From Squalus acanthias (Eukaryota): DNA of 64,000 nucleotides. The notes beneath the pieces are model-generated. The model did no database searches. It saw only the letters and a list, made by a program, of their open reading frames with translations, and was not told where the DNA came from. The stretch's first letter is position 1, and the number at the start of each line of letters is the position of its first letter. The stretch lies in NCBI GenBank assembly GCA_030390025.1, contig JASTWF010000329.1, positions 434,001-498,000 on the forward strand, in the 5' to 3' direction. This document shows, piece after piece, positions 35,654 through 48,728 of this stretch. The translations under genes and the position numbers were made by a program.

Positions 35654-36162
35654 TCACTTGTGAACTCGCTGGTGTGTCAGCAGGTGGGATGAACGGGAGA
35701 ATCCCTTCCCACACACGGAGCAGGTGAACGGCCTCTCCCAGCTGGGATGGGTAATTCAATCCTTTCCCACAGTCCCCACATTCCACGGTTTCTCCGTGGT
35801 GCTGGGTGTCCTTGTGTCTCTCCAGGTTGGACGATCAGTTGAAGCCTCGTCCACACACAGAACACGTGTCCGGTTTCTCCCCGCTGTGAACGGTGCGATG
35901 TTTTTTCAGGCTGTGTAACTGGTTAAAGCTCTTTCCACAGTCAGTGCACTGGAACACTCTCACTCGGGTGTGTGTGTCTCGGTGCTTTTCCAGTCACACT
36001 GATGTTTGAAATCTTTTCCCACAGACAGAACAGACAAACATTTCTCCTTCCACATTCAAAGGTCGATGATATTCAGGTCCTGATGAATCGAGTGACTCCG
36101 TCAGATCTTGATGTGATGTTTGGTTTGAGTTTCCTGTCTGCATATCCTCCCCTTCTAACACC
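35654..36162 (-). pseudogene. Collapsed C2H2 ZNF pseudogene
   Basis: leader + TGA fingers (35996, 35837), small indels near 35780-35803, internal deletion leaving one complete terminal finger; conserved 3'UTR. Confidence 0.85.
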
Positions 36163-36199
36163 CTGTAAAAGGAGTTTACAAATGTCATCACTGTAGATA

Positions 36200-36640
36200 G
36201 CAACATAGGAACAGGAGTAGGCCATTCAGCCCCTCAGGCCTGTTCCCCCATTCAATTAGATCATGGCTGGTCTGTATCTTAACTCCATTTACCCGCCTTG
36301 GTTCTGTAACCTTTAGTACTCTTGCCTAACAAAAATCTCGCACACTCAGTTTTGAAATTTTCAATTGACCCTCAGCCTCGACAGTTTTTTGGGGGAGAGA
36401 GTTGCAGATTTCCAATACCCTTTGTGTGAAGATGTGCTTCCTGAAAATCACCCCTGAATGGCCGAGCTCTGATTGGAAGGTTCTGTCCCCTTGTTGTGGA
36501 CTCTCCCATCAGAGGAAATCGTTTCTCTCGATCTACCCCATCAACTCCTTTAATCATCTTAAACACCTCAATGAGATCACCCCTTAATCTTCAATATTCA
36601 AGGGAATACAAGCCGAGTCTGTGCAACCTGTCCTCATAAC
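36200..36640 (-). mobile_element. CR1 3' fragment in a ZNF intron
   Basis: FKMIKGVDGVDREKRFPL plus CR1 3'UTR. Confidence 0.75.
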
Positions 36641-36825
36641 TTTACATCGAGCTACGTACAGGGTAGAAATTCTCAACAGACAGTACTCGTTTCCCTGGAA
36701 CATTCTTTCCTCTCTTGTCCCTCCTGAGCTATCAAACCCTCGTCCCACACCCTCTCTCATCGCCTCATCCTCGCTGTTTGAAATCCCCATTTATCGCAGG
36801 CTCGGACTTTTCTCCAATTCACTCC

Positions 36826-37103
36826 TGAAGGTGCTGCCTGATGGTGGGGTTCGGCCCCAGTCACTGTTTGCCCTCCAGTACCTCACCAAGTGGTAATTCT
36901 GAGCTGTGAGCCTATACTGAAGGTGTTGTGTGATGGTGGGGTTCGGCCCCAGTCACTGTTTGCCCTCCAGTACCTCACCAAGTGGTAATTCTGAGCTGTG
37001 AGCCTATACTGAAGGTGCTGTGTGATGGTGGGGTTCAGCCCGTCACTGTCTGCCCTCCAGTACATTGCTAATTCTGAGCTGCGATCCTATACTGAAGGTG
37101 CTG
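36826..37103. repeat. 92-bp tandem repeat, 3 copies
   Basis: atggtggggtt recurs at 36841, 36933 and 37025. Confidence 0.85.
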
Positions 37104-37299
37104 CCGGCATTTCGACCATGGGGAGCAGCACAGCCGCCGGCGCTGGCTGATTCTGTCTGGAAAAGCTGAGGCCAATGGTAGCACAGCAACAACAACTTAC
37201 ATTTACATAGCGCCTTTAACACAGTAAAACCTTCCAAGGTGCTTCACAAGAGCGGAATCAGTCAAAAACTGACACCGAGACAAAGGAGGAGACTTTAGA

Positions 37300-38725
37300 T
37301 AATGTGGAAAATTTCTCAGGTATGTCCTCTCCACAAAAAGCAGGACAAATCCAATCCGGCCAATTACTGCCCCATCACTCTACTCTCAATCATCAGCAAA
37401 GTGATGGACGGTTTCGTCGACAGTGCTATCAAGCGGCAATTACTCACCAATAACCTGCTCACCGATGTTCAGTTTGGGTTCCACCATGACCGCTCGGCTC
37501 CAGACCTCATTACAGACTTGGTCCAAACATGGACAAAAGAGCTGAATTCCAGAGGTGAGGTGAGGTGAGAGTGACTGCTCTTGACATCAAGACAGCATTT
37601 GACCGAGTGTGGCATCAAGGAGTTCGAGTAAAACTGAAGTCAATGGGAATCAGGGGGAAACTCTCCACTGGCTGGAGTCATACCTAGCACAAAGGAAGAT
37701 AGTTGTGGTTGTTGAAGGTCAATCATCTCAGCCCCAGGACATCGCTGCAGGAGTGCCTCAAGGCAGTGTCCTAGGCTTAACCATCTTCAGCTGCTTCATC
37801 AATGTCCTTCCCTTACCATAAGGTCAGAAGTGGGGATGTTCACTGATGATTGCACAGTGATCAATTCCATTCACAACTCCTCAGTTAATGAAGTAGTCTG
37901 TGCCCGCATGCAGCAAGATATGAATGACATTCAGGCTTGAGCTGATAAGTGGCAAGTAACATTCACACCATAGAAGTGCCAGGCAATGACTATCTCCCAC
38001 AAGCGAGAGTCTAACCAGCTCACCTTGGCATTCAATGGCATTACCATCGCCGAATCCCCCACCATCAACATCCTGGGGTTCACCATTGACCAGAAACTTA
38101 ACTGGGCCAGCCACATAAATACTGTGGCTACAAGAGCAGGTCAGAGGCTGGGTATTCTGCGGCGTGTGTCTCACCTCCTGACTCCCCAAAGCCTTTCCAC
38201 ATCTACAAGGCATAAGTCAGGAGTCTGATGGAAATACTCTCCACTTGCCTGGATGAGTGCGGCTCCAACAACACTCAAGAGGCTCGACACCATCCAGGAC
38301 AAAGCAGCCCGCTTGATCGGCCCCCCCATCCACCACCTTAAACATTCACTCCCTCCACCACCGGCGTACCGTGGCTGCAGGGTGTACCATCTACATGATG
38401 CACTGCACCAAGGCTTCTTCGACAGCACCTCCCAAACCCGTGACCTCTTCCACCTAGAAGGACAAGGACAGCAGGCACATGGGAACACCACCACCTGCAA
38501 GTTCCCCTCCAAGTTACACACACCATCCTGACTTGTAAATATATCGCTGTTCCTTCATCGTCGCTGGTTCCAATTCCTGGAACTCCCTATATAACAGCAC
38601 TGTGGGAGCACCTTCACCACACGGACTGTAGCGATTCATGAAGGCAGCTCAAGACCAGCTTCTCAATGGCAACTGGGGATGGGCAATAAATGCTGGCCTT
38701 GCCCGCGATGTCCACATCCCAATTC
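37300..38725 (+). mobile_element. Degenerate CR1/L2-group LINE of a distinct subfamily
   Basis: [34 protein letters not shown]; same 3' end at ~53720-54020 and ~46130-46275. Confidence 0.75.
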
Positions 38726-39294
38726 AATTTAAAAATCTAAATAGTAAAACTTTAAGAGGAGTAGAGGAGCAGAGAGAAGTGGGGTGTTAGATTCCAGCAA
38801 ACGCCTTGTCTTATTGTTTCATTAATAGGTCCAAGAGTTGAGCATCAACAACTTTAAGATGAGCAGATTCTCTGTCCTCTACCCTATCTTATATTGATCC
38901 ATCAAGCAGAGTAAACAGGCAAGTCCCACGTGCGACTAAGGCAAGTTTGTTGGACGCGACCTTCTTTTCCAGAAGCCGTGTGAGTATTTCTAATGGATCC
39001 TTCCCTGCCCCAGTGACCATAAACAGCATCTCTCAGGATCCCTTCAAGCATCTTCCCTCTAATCGAGACCACACTGATGGGCCTGTAGTTCCCTGGCACT
39101 GATTCTCCGTTTTGAAAATGGGAATGACGAGAGCACCCTTCTAATCTCGGGGAACAATCCCTGACTCTATTGAGCTGGTGAAGATACGGGCAAGGGGCTC
39201 ACAGAGCACCGTCCCATCTCTTTAAACACCCTTAGGTGGATATCATCTGGACCTGGAGCGTCATCTAATTTCAGATTTCCTATTTTATCCAAGA

Positions 39295-41382
39295 TGGAAG
39301 GTAGCCAAAGTTAGTGGGAGGATAGAAGATTGGGAAGTCTTCAAAAGACAATGAAAAGTAACTAAAGGATTGATTAAGAAAGGGAAGATAGACTATGAAA
39401 ATAAATTAGCAAAAATATAAAAACAGATAGCAAGAGTTTCTATAGTTATATAAAAAGAAAAAGGGTGGTTAAGGCATACGTAGGTCCCTTAGAGGATGGG
39501 ACCGGGAAATTAATGGTGGGAAACTTGGAGATGGCAAAAATGCTGAACAAATATTTTGTTTCAGTCTTTACGGTAGAGGACACTAAGAATATCCCAACAC
39601 TGGACAAACAGGGGGCTCTAGTGGGGGAGGAGCTAAATACGATTAAAATCACTAAGGAATTGGTACTCAGTAAAATAATGGGACTCAAGGCAGATAAATC
39701 CCCTGGACCTGATGGCTTACATCCTAGGATCTTGAGGGAAGTGGCAGTAGGAATTGTGGATGCTTTGGTAATAATTTTCCAAAACTCCCTGAACTCAGCA
39801 AAGGTCCCGGCAGATTGGAAAACTGCTAATGTAACACCCTTATTTAAAAAGGGTTGTAGGCAGAAGGCTGGAAATTATAGACCAGTTAGCCTAACATCTG
39901 TGGTGGGTAAAATTTTGGAGTCTATTATTAAGGAGACAGTAACGGAACATTTAGATAAACATAATTTAATAGGACAAAGTCAGCATGGCTTTATGAAGGG
40001 GAAGTCATGTCTGACAAATTTGCTCGAGTTCTTTGAGGACATAACGTACAGGGTGGATAAAGGGGAACCAGTGGACGTAGTGTATTTAGACTTCCAGAAG
40101 GCATTCGACAAGGTGCCACATAAAAGATTATTACTCAAGATAAAAATCACTGGATTGGGGGTAATATTCTGGCATGGGTGGAGGATTGGTTATCTAACAG
40201 GAAGCAGAGAGTTGGAATAAATGGTTCATTCTCGGACTGGCAACCAATAGCCAGTGGTGTTCCGCAGGGGTCGGTGCTGGGTCCCCAACTCTTTACAATC
40301 TATATTAACGATTTGGAGGAGGGGACCGAGTGTAACATATCAAAGTTTGCAGATGATACAAAGATGGGAGGGAAAGTAGAGAGTGAGGAGGACATAAAAA
40401 ACCTACAAGGGGATATAGACAGGCTGGGTGAGTGGGCAGAGATTTGGCAGATGCAATACAATATTGGAAAATGTGAGGTTATGCACTTTGGCAGGAAAAA
40501 TCAGAGAGCAAGTTATTATCTTAATGGCGAGAAACTGGAAAGTACTGCAGTACAAAGGGATCTGGGGGTCTTGGTGCAAGAAAATCAAAAAGTTAGTATG
40601 CAGGTGCAGCAGGTGATCAAGAAAGCCAATGGAATGTTGGCTTTTATTGCTAGGGGGATAGAATATAAAAACAGGGAGGTATTGCTGCAGTTGTATAGGG
40701 TATTGGTGAGACCGCACCTGGAGTACTGCATACAGTTTTGGTGTCCATACTTAAGAAAAGACATACTTGCTCTCGAGGCAGTACAAAGAAGGTTCACTCG
40801 GTTAATCCCGGGGATGAGGGGTGGACATACGAGGAGAGGTTGAGTAGATTCGGACTCTACTCATTGGAGTTCAGAAGAATGAGAGGCGATCTTATTGAAA
40901 CATATAAGATTGTGAAGGGGCTTGATCGGGTGGATGCGGTAAGGATGTTCCCAAGGATGGGTGAAACTAGAACTAGGGGGCATAATCTTAGAATAAGGGG
41001 CTGCTCTTTCAAAACTGAGATGAGGAGAAACTTCTTCACTCAGAGGGTAGTAGGTCTGTGGAATTTGCTGCCCGAAAAAGCTGTGGAAGCTACATCATTA
41101 AATAAATTTGAAACAGAAATAGATAGTTTCCTAGAGGTAAAGGGAATTAGGGGTTACGGTGAGCGGGCAGGAAATTGGACATGAGGCTGAGTTCGGATCG
41201 GTCGAGGCCCTGTGGGTGGCATAGCGGGCCCAGGGGCTGAGTGGCCGGGTCCTGCTCCTACTTCTTGTGTTCTTCAGATTTGAGGTGAGGATCAGATCAG
41301 CCATGATCTTATTGAATGGCGGAGCAGGCTCGAAGGGCCGATTGGCCTACTCCTGCTCCTATTTCTTATGTTCTTATGTTCT
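39295..41382 (+). mobile_element. Young 5'-truncated CR1 (two frameshifts), near-identical to 17985-19415
   Basis: ORFs 39465-40220, 40178-40843 and 40738-41184; TTCTTATG tail. Confidence 0.92.
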
Positions 41383-41469
41383 TATCACACTTTGATTCCC
41401 CCACTCAGGTTGGTACACGCAGCTCCCGCTCTCCCCGCTGGTCTCGGGTCTCGGGCGCTGCTCCTTTTA

Positions 41470-41920
41470 TCTCCGCTGGTGTCTCTCCTCAGATCCCGCT
41501 CTCTCCGCTGGTGTCTCTCCTCAGATCCCGCTCTCCCCGCTGGTGTCTCTCCTCAGATCCCGCTCTCCCCGCTGGTGTCTCTCCTCAGATCCCGCTCTCC
41601 CCGCTGGTGTCTCTCCTCAGATCCCGCTCTCCCCGCTGGTGTCTCTCCTCAGATCCCGCTCTCCCCGCTGGTGTCTCTCCTCAGATCCTGCTCTCCCCGC
41701 TAGTGTCTCTCCTCAGATCCCGCTCTCCCCGCTGGTGTCTCTCCTCAGATCCCGCTCTCCCCGCTGGTGACTCTCCTCAGATCCCGCTCTCCCCGCTGGT
41801 GTCTCTCCTCAGATCCCGCTCTCCCCGCTGGTGTCTCTCCTCAGATCCCGCTCTCCCCGCTGGTGTCTCTCCTCAGATCCTGCTCTCCCCGCTGGTGTCT
41901 CTCCTCAGATCCTGCTCTCA
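41470..41920. repeat. 32-bp minisatellite, ~14 copies
   Basis: unit cccgctctccccgctggtgtctctcctcagat. Confidence 0.95.
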
Positions 41921-41939
41921 CCGATCTGAGGAGTACAAT

Positions 41940-43300
41940 CACACAGTTCAACACAGAGAAATGTGAGGTATTACATTTTGGTAGGAAGAATGGGGAGGTC
42001 ACTTATCACTTGGAGGGTGCAGGTCTAGGTGGGGTAGAGGAACAAAGGGATTTCAGAGTACAAATACACAAATCACCGTTCAGTTCCACACTCACCAGTT
42101 TCACTCCAATATGAGAGTGGGAGTAAAGGGTAGCTATTCACAGTGACAGAAGGTGGGTAGTGGTGTTCCACAAGGATCAGTGCCGGGACCACTGCTGTTC
42201 ACAATTTACATTAACGATTTAGACTTTGGAATCAAAAACACAATTTCTAAATTTGCGGATGACACCAAATTGGGGGCGGGGCTAGTCAATACTGAGGAGA
42301 CTGCAACAAAGGGGGCGGGGCTAGTCAATACTGAGGATACTGCAACAAAGGGGGCGGGGCTAGTCAATACTGAGGAGACTGCACCAAAGGGGGCGGGGCT
42401 AGTCAATACTAAGGAGACTGCAATAAATTACAGGACGACATTAATAAACTTGCAGAATGGGCAAATAATTGACAAATGAAGTTCAACACAGATAAATATG
42501 AGGTATTACATTTTGGTAGGAAGAATAGGGAGGTCACTTATCACTTGGAGGGTGCGGGTCTAGGTGCGGTAGAGGAACAAAGGGATCTAGGATTACAAAT
42601 ACACAAATCACTAAAAGTTGCGACACAAGTTAGCAAGGCCATTAAAAAAAAAAGCAAACCAAGCACTAGGGTTTATTTCTAGAGGGATAGAATTGAAAAG
42701 TAGGGAAGTTATGCTAAACCTGTATCGAACCTTGGTTAGACCACACTTGGAGTACGGCGTACAGTTCTGGTCGCCATATTATAAAAAGGATATAGAGGCA
42801 CTGGAGAGGGTGCAGGGAAGATTTACAAGGATGATAGCAGAAATGCGAGGGTATACATATCAGGAAAGGATGAACAGGCTGGGTCTCTTCTCTTGTAAAA
42901 AGGCTGAGGGGTGACCTAATAGAGGTCTTTAAAATTATGAAAGGTTTTGATAGAGTGGATACAGAGAGAATGTTTCCACTTGTGGGGAAGAGCATAACTA
43001 GAGGCCATCAATATAAGATAGTCTCCAAGAAATCAAATAGGGAATTCCGAAGAAACCTCTTTACCCAGAGAGTGGTGAGAATGTGGAACTCGCGACCACA
43101 GGGAGTGGTTGAAGCAAATAGTATCGATGCATTTACGGGGAGGCTGGACAAGCAGATGAGGGAGAAGGGAATAGAGGGTTATGGTGATAGAGTTAGATGA
43201 GGAAAGATGGGAGGAGCCTCGAGTGGAGCATAAACGCCAGCAGGGACTGGTTGGGCCGAATGGCCTGTTTCTGTGCTGTATATCCGATGTAATGTAATCC
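41940..43300 (+). mobile_element. Rearranged CR1 3' portion with an internal 39-bp x4 expansion (42272-42425)
   Basis: [18 protein letters not shown] then [13 protein letters not shown] repeats, LVRPHLEY. Confidence 0.8.
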
Positions 43301-43910
43301 TATGTGAACCATGTGCCCAATCTGTGTGAACCTGGACAGTGAGTGTCGACAGGCTATTCCACTGTCCTCACCCGATGCCTCAAACATGCATTTCCCAGCA
43401 GGGTCACTGGACCCTCCTCCCAATGGTTCAGTGGGTAAAGGCACTGCCCAGTGCGACTGAGTCATACGAACCGGAGGGGCCCAGGTTTAATCCCGTCTGC
43501 ATATCCTCCCCTTCTAATACCTTTCTAATACAGAATGTGACTCACTACCAACAGGAAGGATGTTACTTTAACTACTAAAGGTGCAGAAAGGTGAAACATT
43601 GTCCCTCTAAATATCACAAATAGTTGCATAATGAAGGGGAAATCAATCTCATCTGGCAGCGTAATGTTGGCGAGTGATGATTAATTGCCCTGGGAACCAA
43701 CAGGAAGAGAGCTCAGAGGCCCAACTAACAGCGACATTGAAAGAGGGAAATGACTGATCTTTAAACACTTGGTCCACTTGGCACTGAAGTGTCTGAAACT
43801 CATAATAGGAACTCCAGGGAAACAAAATACTGACTCACCTGACTGGCCAACTCAGGTTTCACTCCTCAAGCACAGTGATTGGTGGCAGAACTCGCTACTC
43901 CTTTGGCCCT

Positions 43911-44677
43911 CATAGAATCATAGAAGATAGGAGCAGGAGGCCATTCGGCCCCTCGAGCCTGCTCCGCCATTCAATGCGATCATGGCTGATCATCCAAATT
44001 CAGAACCCTGTCCCTGCTTTCTCCCCATATCCCTTGATCCCTTTAGCCTTAAGAAATATATCTATCTCCTTCTTGAATATATTTAATGAATTGGAGTCAA
44101 CTGCCTTCTGTGGCAGAGAATTCCACAGGTTCACCACTCTCTGGGTGAAGAAATTCCTCCTCATCTCAGTCCTAAATGGCTTACCCCTTATCCTTAGACT
44201 GTGACCCCTGGTTCTGGACTCCCCGACCATCGGGACCATCCTTCCTGCATCTAGTCTGTCCAGTCCTGTCAGAATTTTATAAGTTTCAATGAGATCCCCT
44301 CTCATTCTTCTAAACTCCAGCGAGTATAAGCCCAATCGACCCAATCTCTCTTCATACATCATTCCTGCCATCCCAGGTATCAGCCTGGTGAATCTTCGCT
44401 GAACTCCTTCCATGGCAAGAACATCCTTCCTCAGATAAGGCGACCAAAACTGTACACAGTACTCAAGGTGTGGTCTCACCAAGGCCCTGTACAACTGCAG
44501 CAAGACATCCTTGTTCCTGTACTCAAACCCTCTCGCTATGAAGGCCAATATACCATTTGCCTTCTTCACCGCCTGCTGCACCTGCATGCTTACCTTCAGC
44601 GACTGGTGCACAAGGACACCCAGGTCTCATTGCACTTCCCCTTCTCCCAATCTATTGCCATTCAGATAATAATCTGC
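43911..44677 (-). mobile_element. CR1 3' fragment
   Basis: ORF 44000-44611 with RT C-terminus; 3'UTR tail. Confidence 0.87.
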
Positions 44678-44849
44678 CTCTGAGCTCTCTTCCTGTTGGT
44701 TCCCAGGGAAATCAATCACCACTCACCAACATTACGCTGCCAGATGAGGTTCAGGGGCTCAGAGGAAGAAGAAAAAAATGAGGCCTTGAATCTGAGTTGG
44801 GAAATACAATGAGAGAAACATGATTCAATCTGTGACTGTATTGAAATGG

Positions 44850-45270
44850 CGGATGCCCTTACCCAGAGTGCCCCGCGCGGGTGAATACGGCCTATCTCCA
44901 TCAGCAGGGGCGCAGTGCGCAGGCGCGGGAAGGGCTGGTTCCCCGGAGCCCGCCTTTCTGCGCGGAGCATGCGCGGTGCGGCTCCAGGAAACTGAGCGGG
45001 GGCGAGCGCGGCCTCAGCAACACCGAGTGCGCGTCTCAGGCCCCGAATCAGAGCGGCCGGGCCCGGCGGACGTGCGGCCAGGGCCCCGGCACCAGGAAAC
45101 CCAGGGTGCAGCGCCTCCCCCAGACAGGAGAAACCACAACTGGCATCGACACAGCAGACCCGCCAATCCAGAGCCGGCTTGTATCAGGGCGGGCGCTGGA
45201 TGCGGAAGTCGGTCCCTGGCCGCCTGTGTAGGTCTTTTTGTTGCTTCAGTTTGAGCTGGAGTGGAGATGG
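44850..45270 (+). promoter_or_regulatory. GC-rich promoter / first exon of the 46.7-kb ZNF
   Basis: gcatgcgc, aaatggcgg, gcggaagt; partial inverted paralog at 54230-54600. Confidence 0.55.
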
Positions 45271-45281
45271 AGGAGAAGCTG

Positions 45282-45918
45282 AAATAAAAACAGAAAATGC
45301 TGGAGATACTCAGCAGGTCAGGCAGCATCTGTGAAGAGATAAACAGTTAACGTTTCAGGACCTTTTGTCAGAACTGGAAAAAAGCAGGAAGTGGAACAGA
45401 TTTTTAAGCAAGACATTAAGAGATATTCAAGGTAAAATTAGATGGTAATGGGACAGGTTAAGAAACAAAGGATGGCTCTAGAGGAAGTGTAAATTGCGCG
45501 GGCAGAATGAAAGACAGCTGCCATGTGGGAGAGAAGAAAAAAGACAGACAAAAAGTGTGGATAAAAAATATATATATGATGGGGGCCGAGGTTATGATCT
45601 GAAATTGTTGAACTCTATGTTGAGTCCAGAAGGCTGTAAAGTGCCTAATCGAAAGATGAGGTGCTGTTCCTCGAGCTTACGCTGAGCTTCCGTGGAACAA
45701 TGCAAGAGGCCGAGGATGGTGAGGTCTGAGTGGGAGTGGAGCAGAGAATTAAAGTGACAGGCGACCGGAAGCTCGGGGTCCCCTTACAGATTGAACGGAG
45801 GTGTTCCGCAAAGCGGTCACCCAATCTGTGTTTGGTCTCCCCAATGTCGAGGAGACCGCATCGTGAGCAGCGAATACAGTATACTAAATTGCAAGAAGTA
45901 CAAGTAAATCGCTGTTTC
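45282..45918 (-). mobile_element. Truncated Penelope-like element (GIY-YIG end) inserted in a ZNF first exon
   Basis: QRFTCTSCNLVYCIRCSRCGLLDIGETK; 13-bp TSD ggaggagaagctg at 45269-45281 / 45919-45931; empty site at ~54218-54230. Confidence 0.92.
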
Positions 45919-46682
45919 GGAGGAGAAGCTGCTGGGTTTAACCCCCAGTAATTCTCAGCCCAGGAGGAGCCAACAATTTCCAATGTGAGACTGTCAGGGG
46001 AGGTGGATTCTGGGGGAGATTAGGTTGTTAAACAGACACTGTCCCTACAATGTAAAAGAGCATTGTTTTAGGAACAAGTATTTCTGCAGAGCCTTTTCAT
46101 CTATTTTACATATACAGATTTTTTATTCATTCTTGGGGTGTGGGTGTCGCTAGCAAGGCCATCATGTCCAAGTCAGGATGGTTTGTGACTCGGAGGGGAA
46201 CTTGGAGGTGATGGTGTTCCCATGCACCTTCTGCCTTTGTCCTTCTAGGTGGTGGAGGTCTGGGGTTTGGGAGGTTCTGTCAAAGTTCAAGTCGAGTTGC
46301 AGACGTATAAAGTCCCTCTCCTTCGCCCCCTCCCCCTGACGCCTCTCTCTCTTCACATAGAGGCCAGAGTCTTGTGTCGGCCCAGACCGGGTGGTGGGTT
46401 CCAGTGAACTAGTGAACCAGTGGGATTTTATGACAATCCGGCAGCTTTCATGGTCACTTTTTTCTGGTGCTGGCCCCACAAATTACCAGATTCATTAAGC
46501 TCAATTTCACAATCTGCCTCTTTTTGTGGGTTCTCTCTTACACTCCCTTTTTCCTGTTTTAAATTAATTTTACAGAGTATGAGAAGGGGAGGATTTGCAG
46601 ACAGGAAGATCAAACCAAACATCACATCAAGATCTGACAGTCACCCGATTGATCAGGAACTGAATATCATCGGCCTTTGAAT

Positions 46683-48728
46683 ATGGAAGCAAAAAGCACC
46701 GTTCACAGCGGGGAGAAACCGTACACATGTTCTGTGTGTGGACAAGACTTCAGCCGATCCTCTGGCCTATCGAGACACAAGTGCAGTCACACCGGGGAGA
46801 GGCCGTTCACCTGCTCTGGGTGTGGGAAAGGTTTCACTAATTCATCCAACCTGCTGATTCACCAGCGAGTTCACACTGGGGAGAGACCGTTCACCTGCCC
46901 TGAGTGTGGGAAGGGATTCACTCAGTCATCCACCCTGCTGAATCACCAGCGAGTTCACACTGATGAGAGACCTTTTAAATGCTCGGACTGTGGGAAGTGC
47001 TACAAAAGTTCTGGGGAACTGACATGCCATCAACGTGTTCACACTGACGAGAGACCGTTCAGGTGCTCTCACTGCGGGACTGGGTTCAGGCGGTCATCTG
47101 AACTCACTGAACACCAGCGAGTTCACACTGGAGAGAGGCCATTCACCTGCTCCATGTGTGGGAAGGGATTCACTCAGTCATCCAACCTGCTGAAACACCA
47201 GCGAGTTCACACTGGGGAGAGACCGTTCAGCTGCTCTGAATGTGGGAAGGGATTCACTCATTCATCCTACCTGCTGACACACCAGCGAGTTCACACTGGG
47301 GAGAGACCGTTCAGCTGCTCTGAATGTGGGAAAGGATTCACTCAGTCATCCAACCTGCTGAAACACCAGCGAGTTCACACTGGGGAGAGGCCATTCACCT
47401 GCTCTGAATGTGGGAAAGGATTCACTCAGTCATCCAACCTACTGACACACCAGCGAGTTCACACTGGGGAGAGGCCGTTCAGCTGCTCTGTGTGTGGGAA
47501 GGAATTCAATCGGTCATCCAACCTACTGAATCACCAGCGAGTTCACACTGATGAGAGACCTTTTAAATGTCCCGACTGTGGGAAGTGTTGTAAAAGTTCC
47601 GGGGAACTGACATGCCATCAACGTGCTCACACTGACGAGAGACCGTTCAGGTGCTCTCACTGCGGGACTGAGTTCAGGCGGTCATCTGAACTCACTGTAC
47701 ACCAGCGAGTTCACACTGGAGAGAGGCCGTTCACCTGCTCCGTGTGTGGGAAGAGATTCACTCAGTCATCCACCCTGCTGAAACACCAGCGAGTTCACAC
47801 TGTGGAGAGGCCGTTCATCTGCTTCGAGTGTGGGAAGGGATTCATTCAGTCATCCGACCTTCAGACACACCAGCGAGTTCACACTGGGGAGAAGCCGTTC
47901 ACCTGCTCTGAGTGTGGGACGTGTTTCACTCGTTCATCCCACCTGCAGGCACACCAACTTGTTCACACTGATAAGAGACCTTTTAAATGTTCTGACTGTG
48001 AGAAGAGATTTAAAAGCAAAACGCATCTGCTGAGACACCAGCGAGTTCACACTGGGGAGAGGCCATTCTCCTGCCCTGAGTGTGGGAAGGGATTCACTCA
48101 GTCATCCACCCTGCTGAATCACCAGCGAGTTCACACTGATGAGAGACCTTTTAAATGCTCGGACTGTGGGAAGTGCTACAAAAGTTCCGGGGAACTGACA
48201 TGCCATCAACGTGTTCACACTGACGAGAGACCGTTCAGGTGCTCGCACTGCGGGACTGGGTTCAGGCAGTCATCTGAACTCACTGTACACCAGCGAGTTC
48301 ACACTGGGGAGAGGCCGTTCACCTGCTCCGTGTGTGGGAAGGGATTCACTCAGTCATCCGACCTGCTGAAACACCAGCGAGTTCACACTGGGGAGAGGCC
48401 GTTCACCTGCTCTGAATGTGGGAAGGGATTCACCTGTTCATCCTACCTGCTGTCACACCAGCGAGTTCACACTGGGGAGAGGCCGTTCAGCTGCTCTGAA
48501 TGTGGAAAAGGATTCACTCAGTCATGCAACCTGCTGAAACACCAGCGAGTTCACACTGGGGAGAGGCCGTTCACCTGCTCTGAATGTGGGAAAGGATTCA
48601 CTCAGTCATCCAACCTGCTGACACACCAGCGAGTTCACACTGGGGAGAGGCCGTTCAGCTGCTCTGAATGTGGGAAAGGATTCACTCAGTTATCCAACCT
48701 GCTGACACACCAGCGAGTTCACAAGTGA
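46683..48728 (+). CDS. C2H2 zinc-finger protein, 681 aa, 24 fingers, no KRAB
   Basis: uninterrupted array from [16 protein letters not shown]; acceptor ttttacag ends 46575; conserved 3'UTR with aataaa ~48877. Confidence 0.92.
   Translation: MEAKSTVHSGEKPYTCSVCGQDFSRSSGLSRHKCSHTGERPFTCSGCGKGFTNSSNLLIHQRVHTGERPFTCPECGKGFTQSSTLLNHQRVHTDERPFKCSDCGKCYKSSGELTCHQRVHTDERPFRCSHCGTGFRRSSELTEHQRVHTGERPFTCSMCGKGFTQSSNLLKHQRVHTGERPFSCSECGKGFTHSSYLLTHQRVHTGERPFSCSECGKGFTQSSNLLKHQRVHTGERPFTCSECGKGFTQSSNLLTHQRVHTGERPFSCSVCGKEFNRSSNLLNHQRVHTDERPFKCPDCGKCCKSSGELTCHQRAHTDERPFRCSHCGTEFRRSSELTVHQRVHTGERPFTCSVCGKRFTQSSTLLKHQRVHTVERPFICFECGKGFIQSSDLQTHQRVHTGEKPFTCSECGTCFTRSSHLQAHQLVHTDKRPFKCSDCEKRFKSKTHLLRHQRVHTGERPFSCPECGKGFTQSSTLLNHQRVHTDERPFKCSDCGKCYKSSGELTCHQRVHTDERPFRCSHCGTGFRQSSELTVHQRVHTGERPFTCSVCGKGFTQSSDLLKHQRVHTGERPFTCSECGKGFTCSSYLLSHQRVHTGERPFSCSECGKGFTQSCNLLKHQRVHTGERPFTCSECGKGFTQSSNLLTHQRVHTGERPFSCSECGKGFTQLSNLLTHQRVHK

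Noticed and set aside
41316..42114. 216-aa and overlapping repetitive ORFs
   Set aside because: Translation of the 32-bp minisatellite
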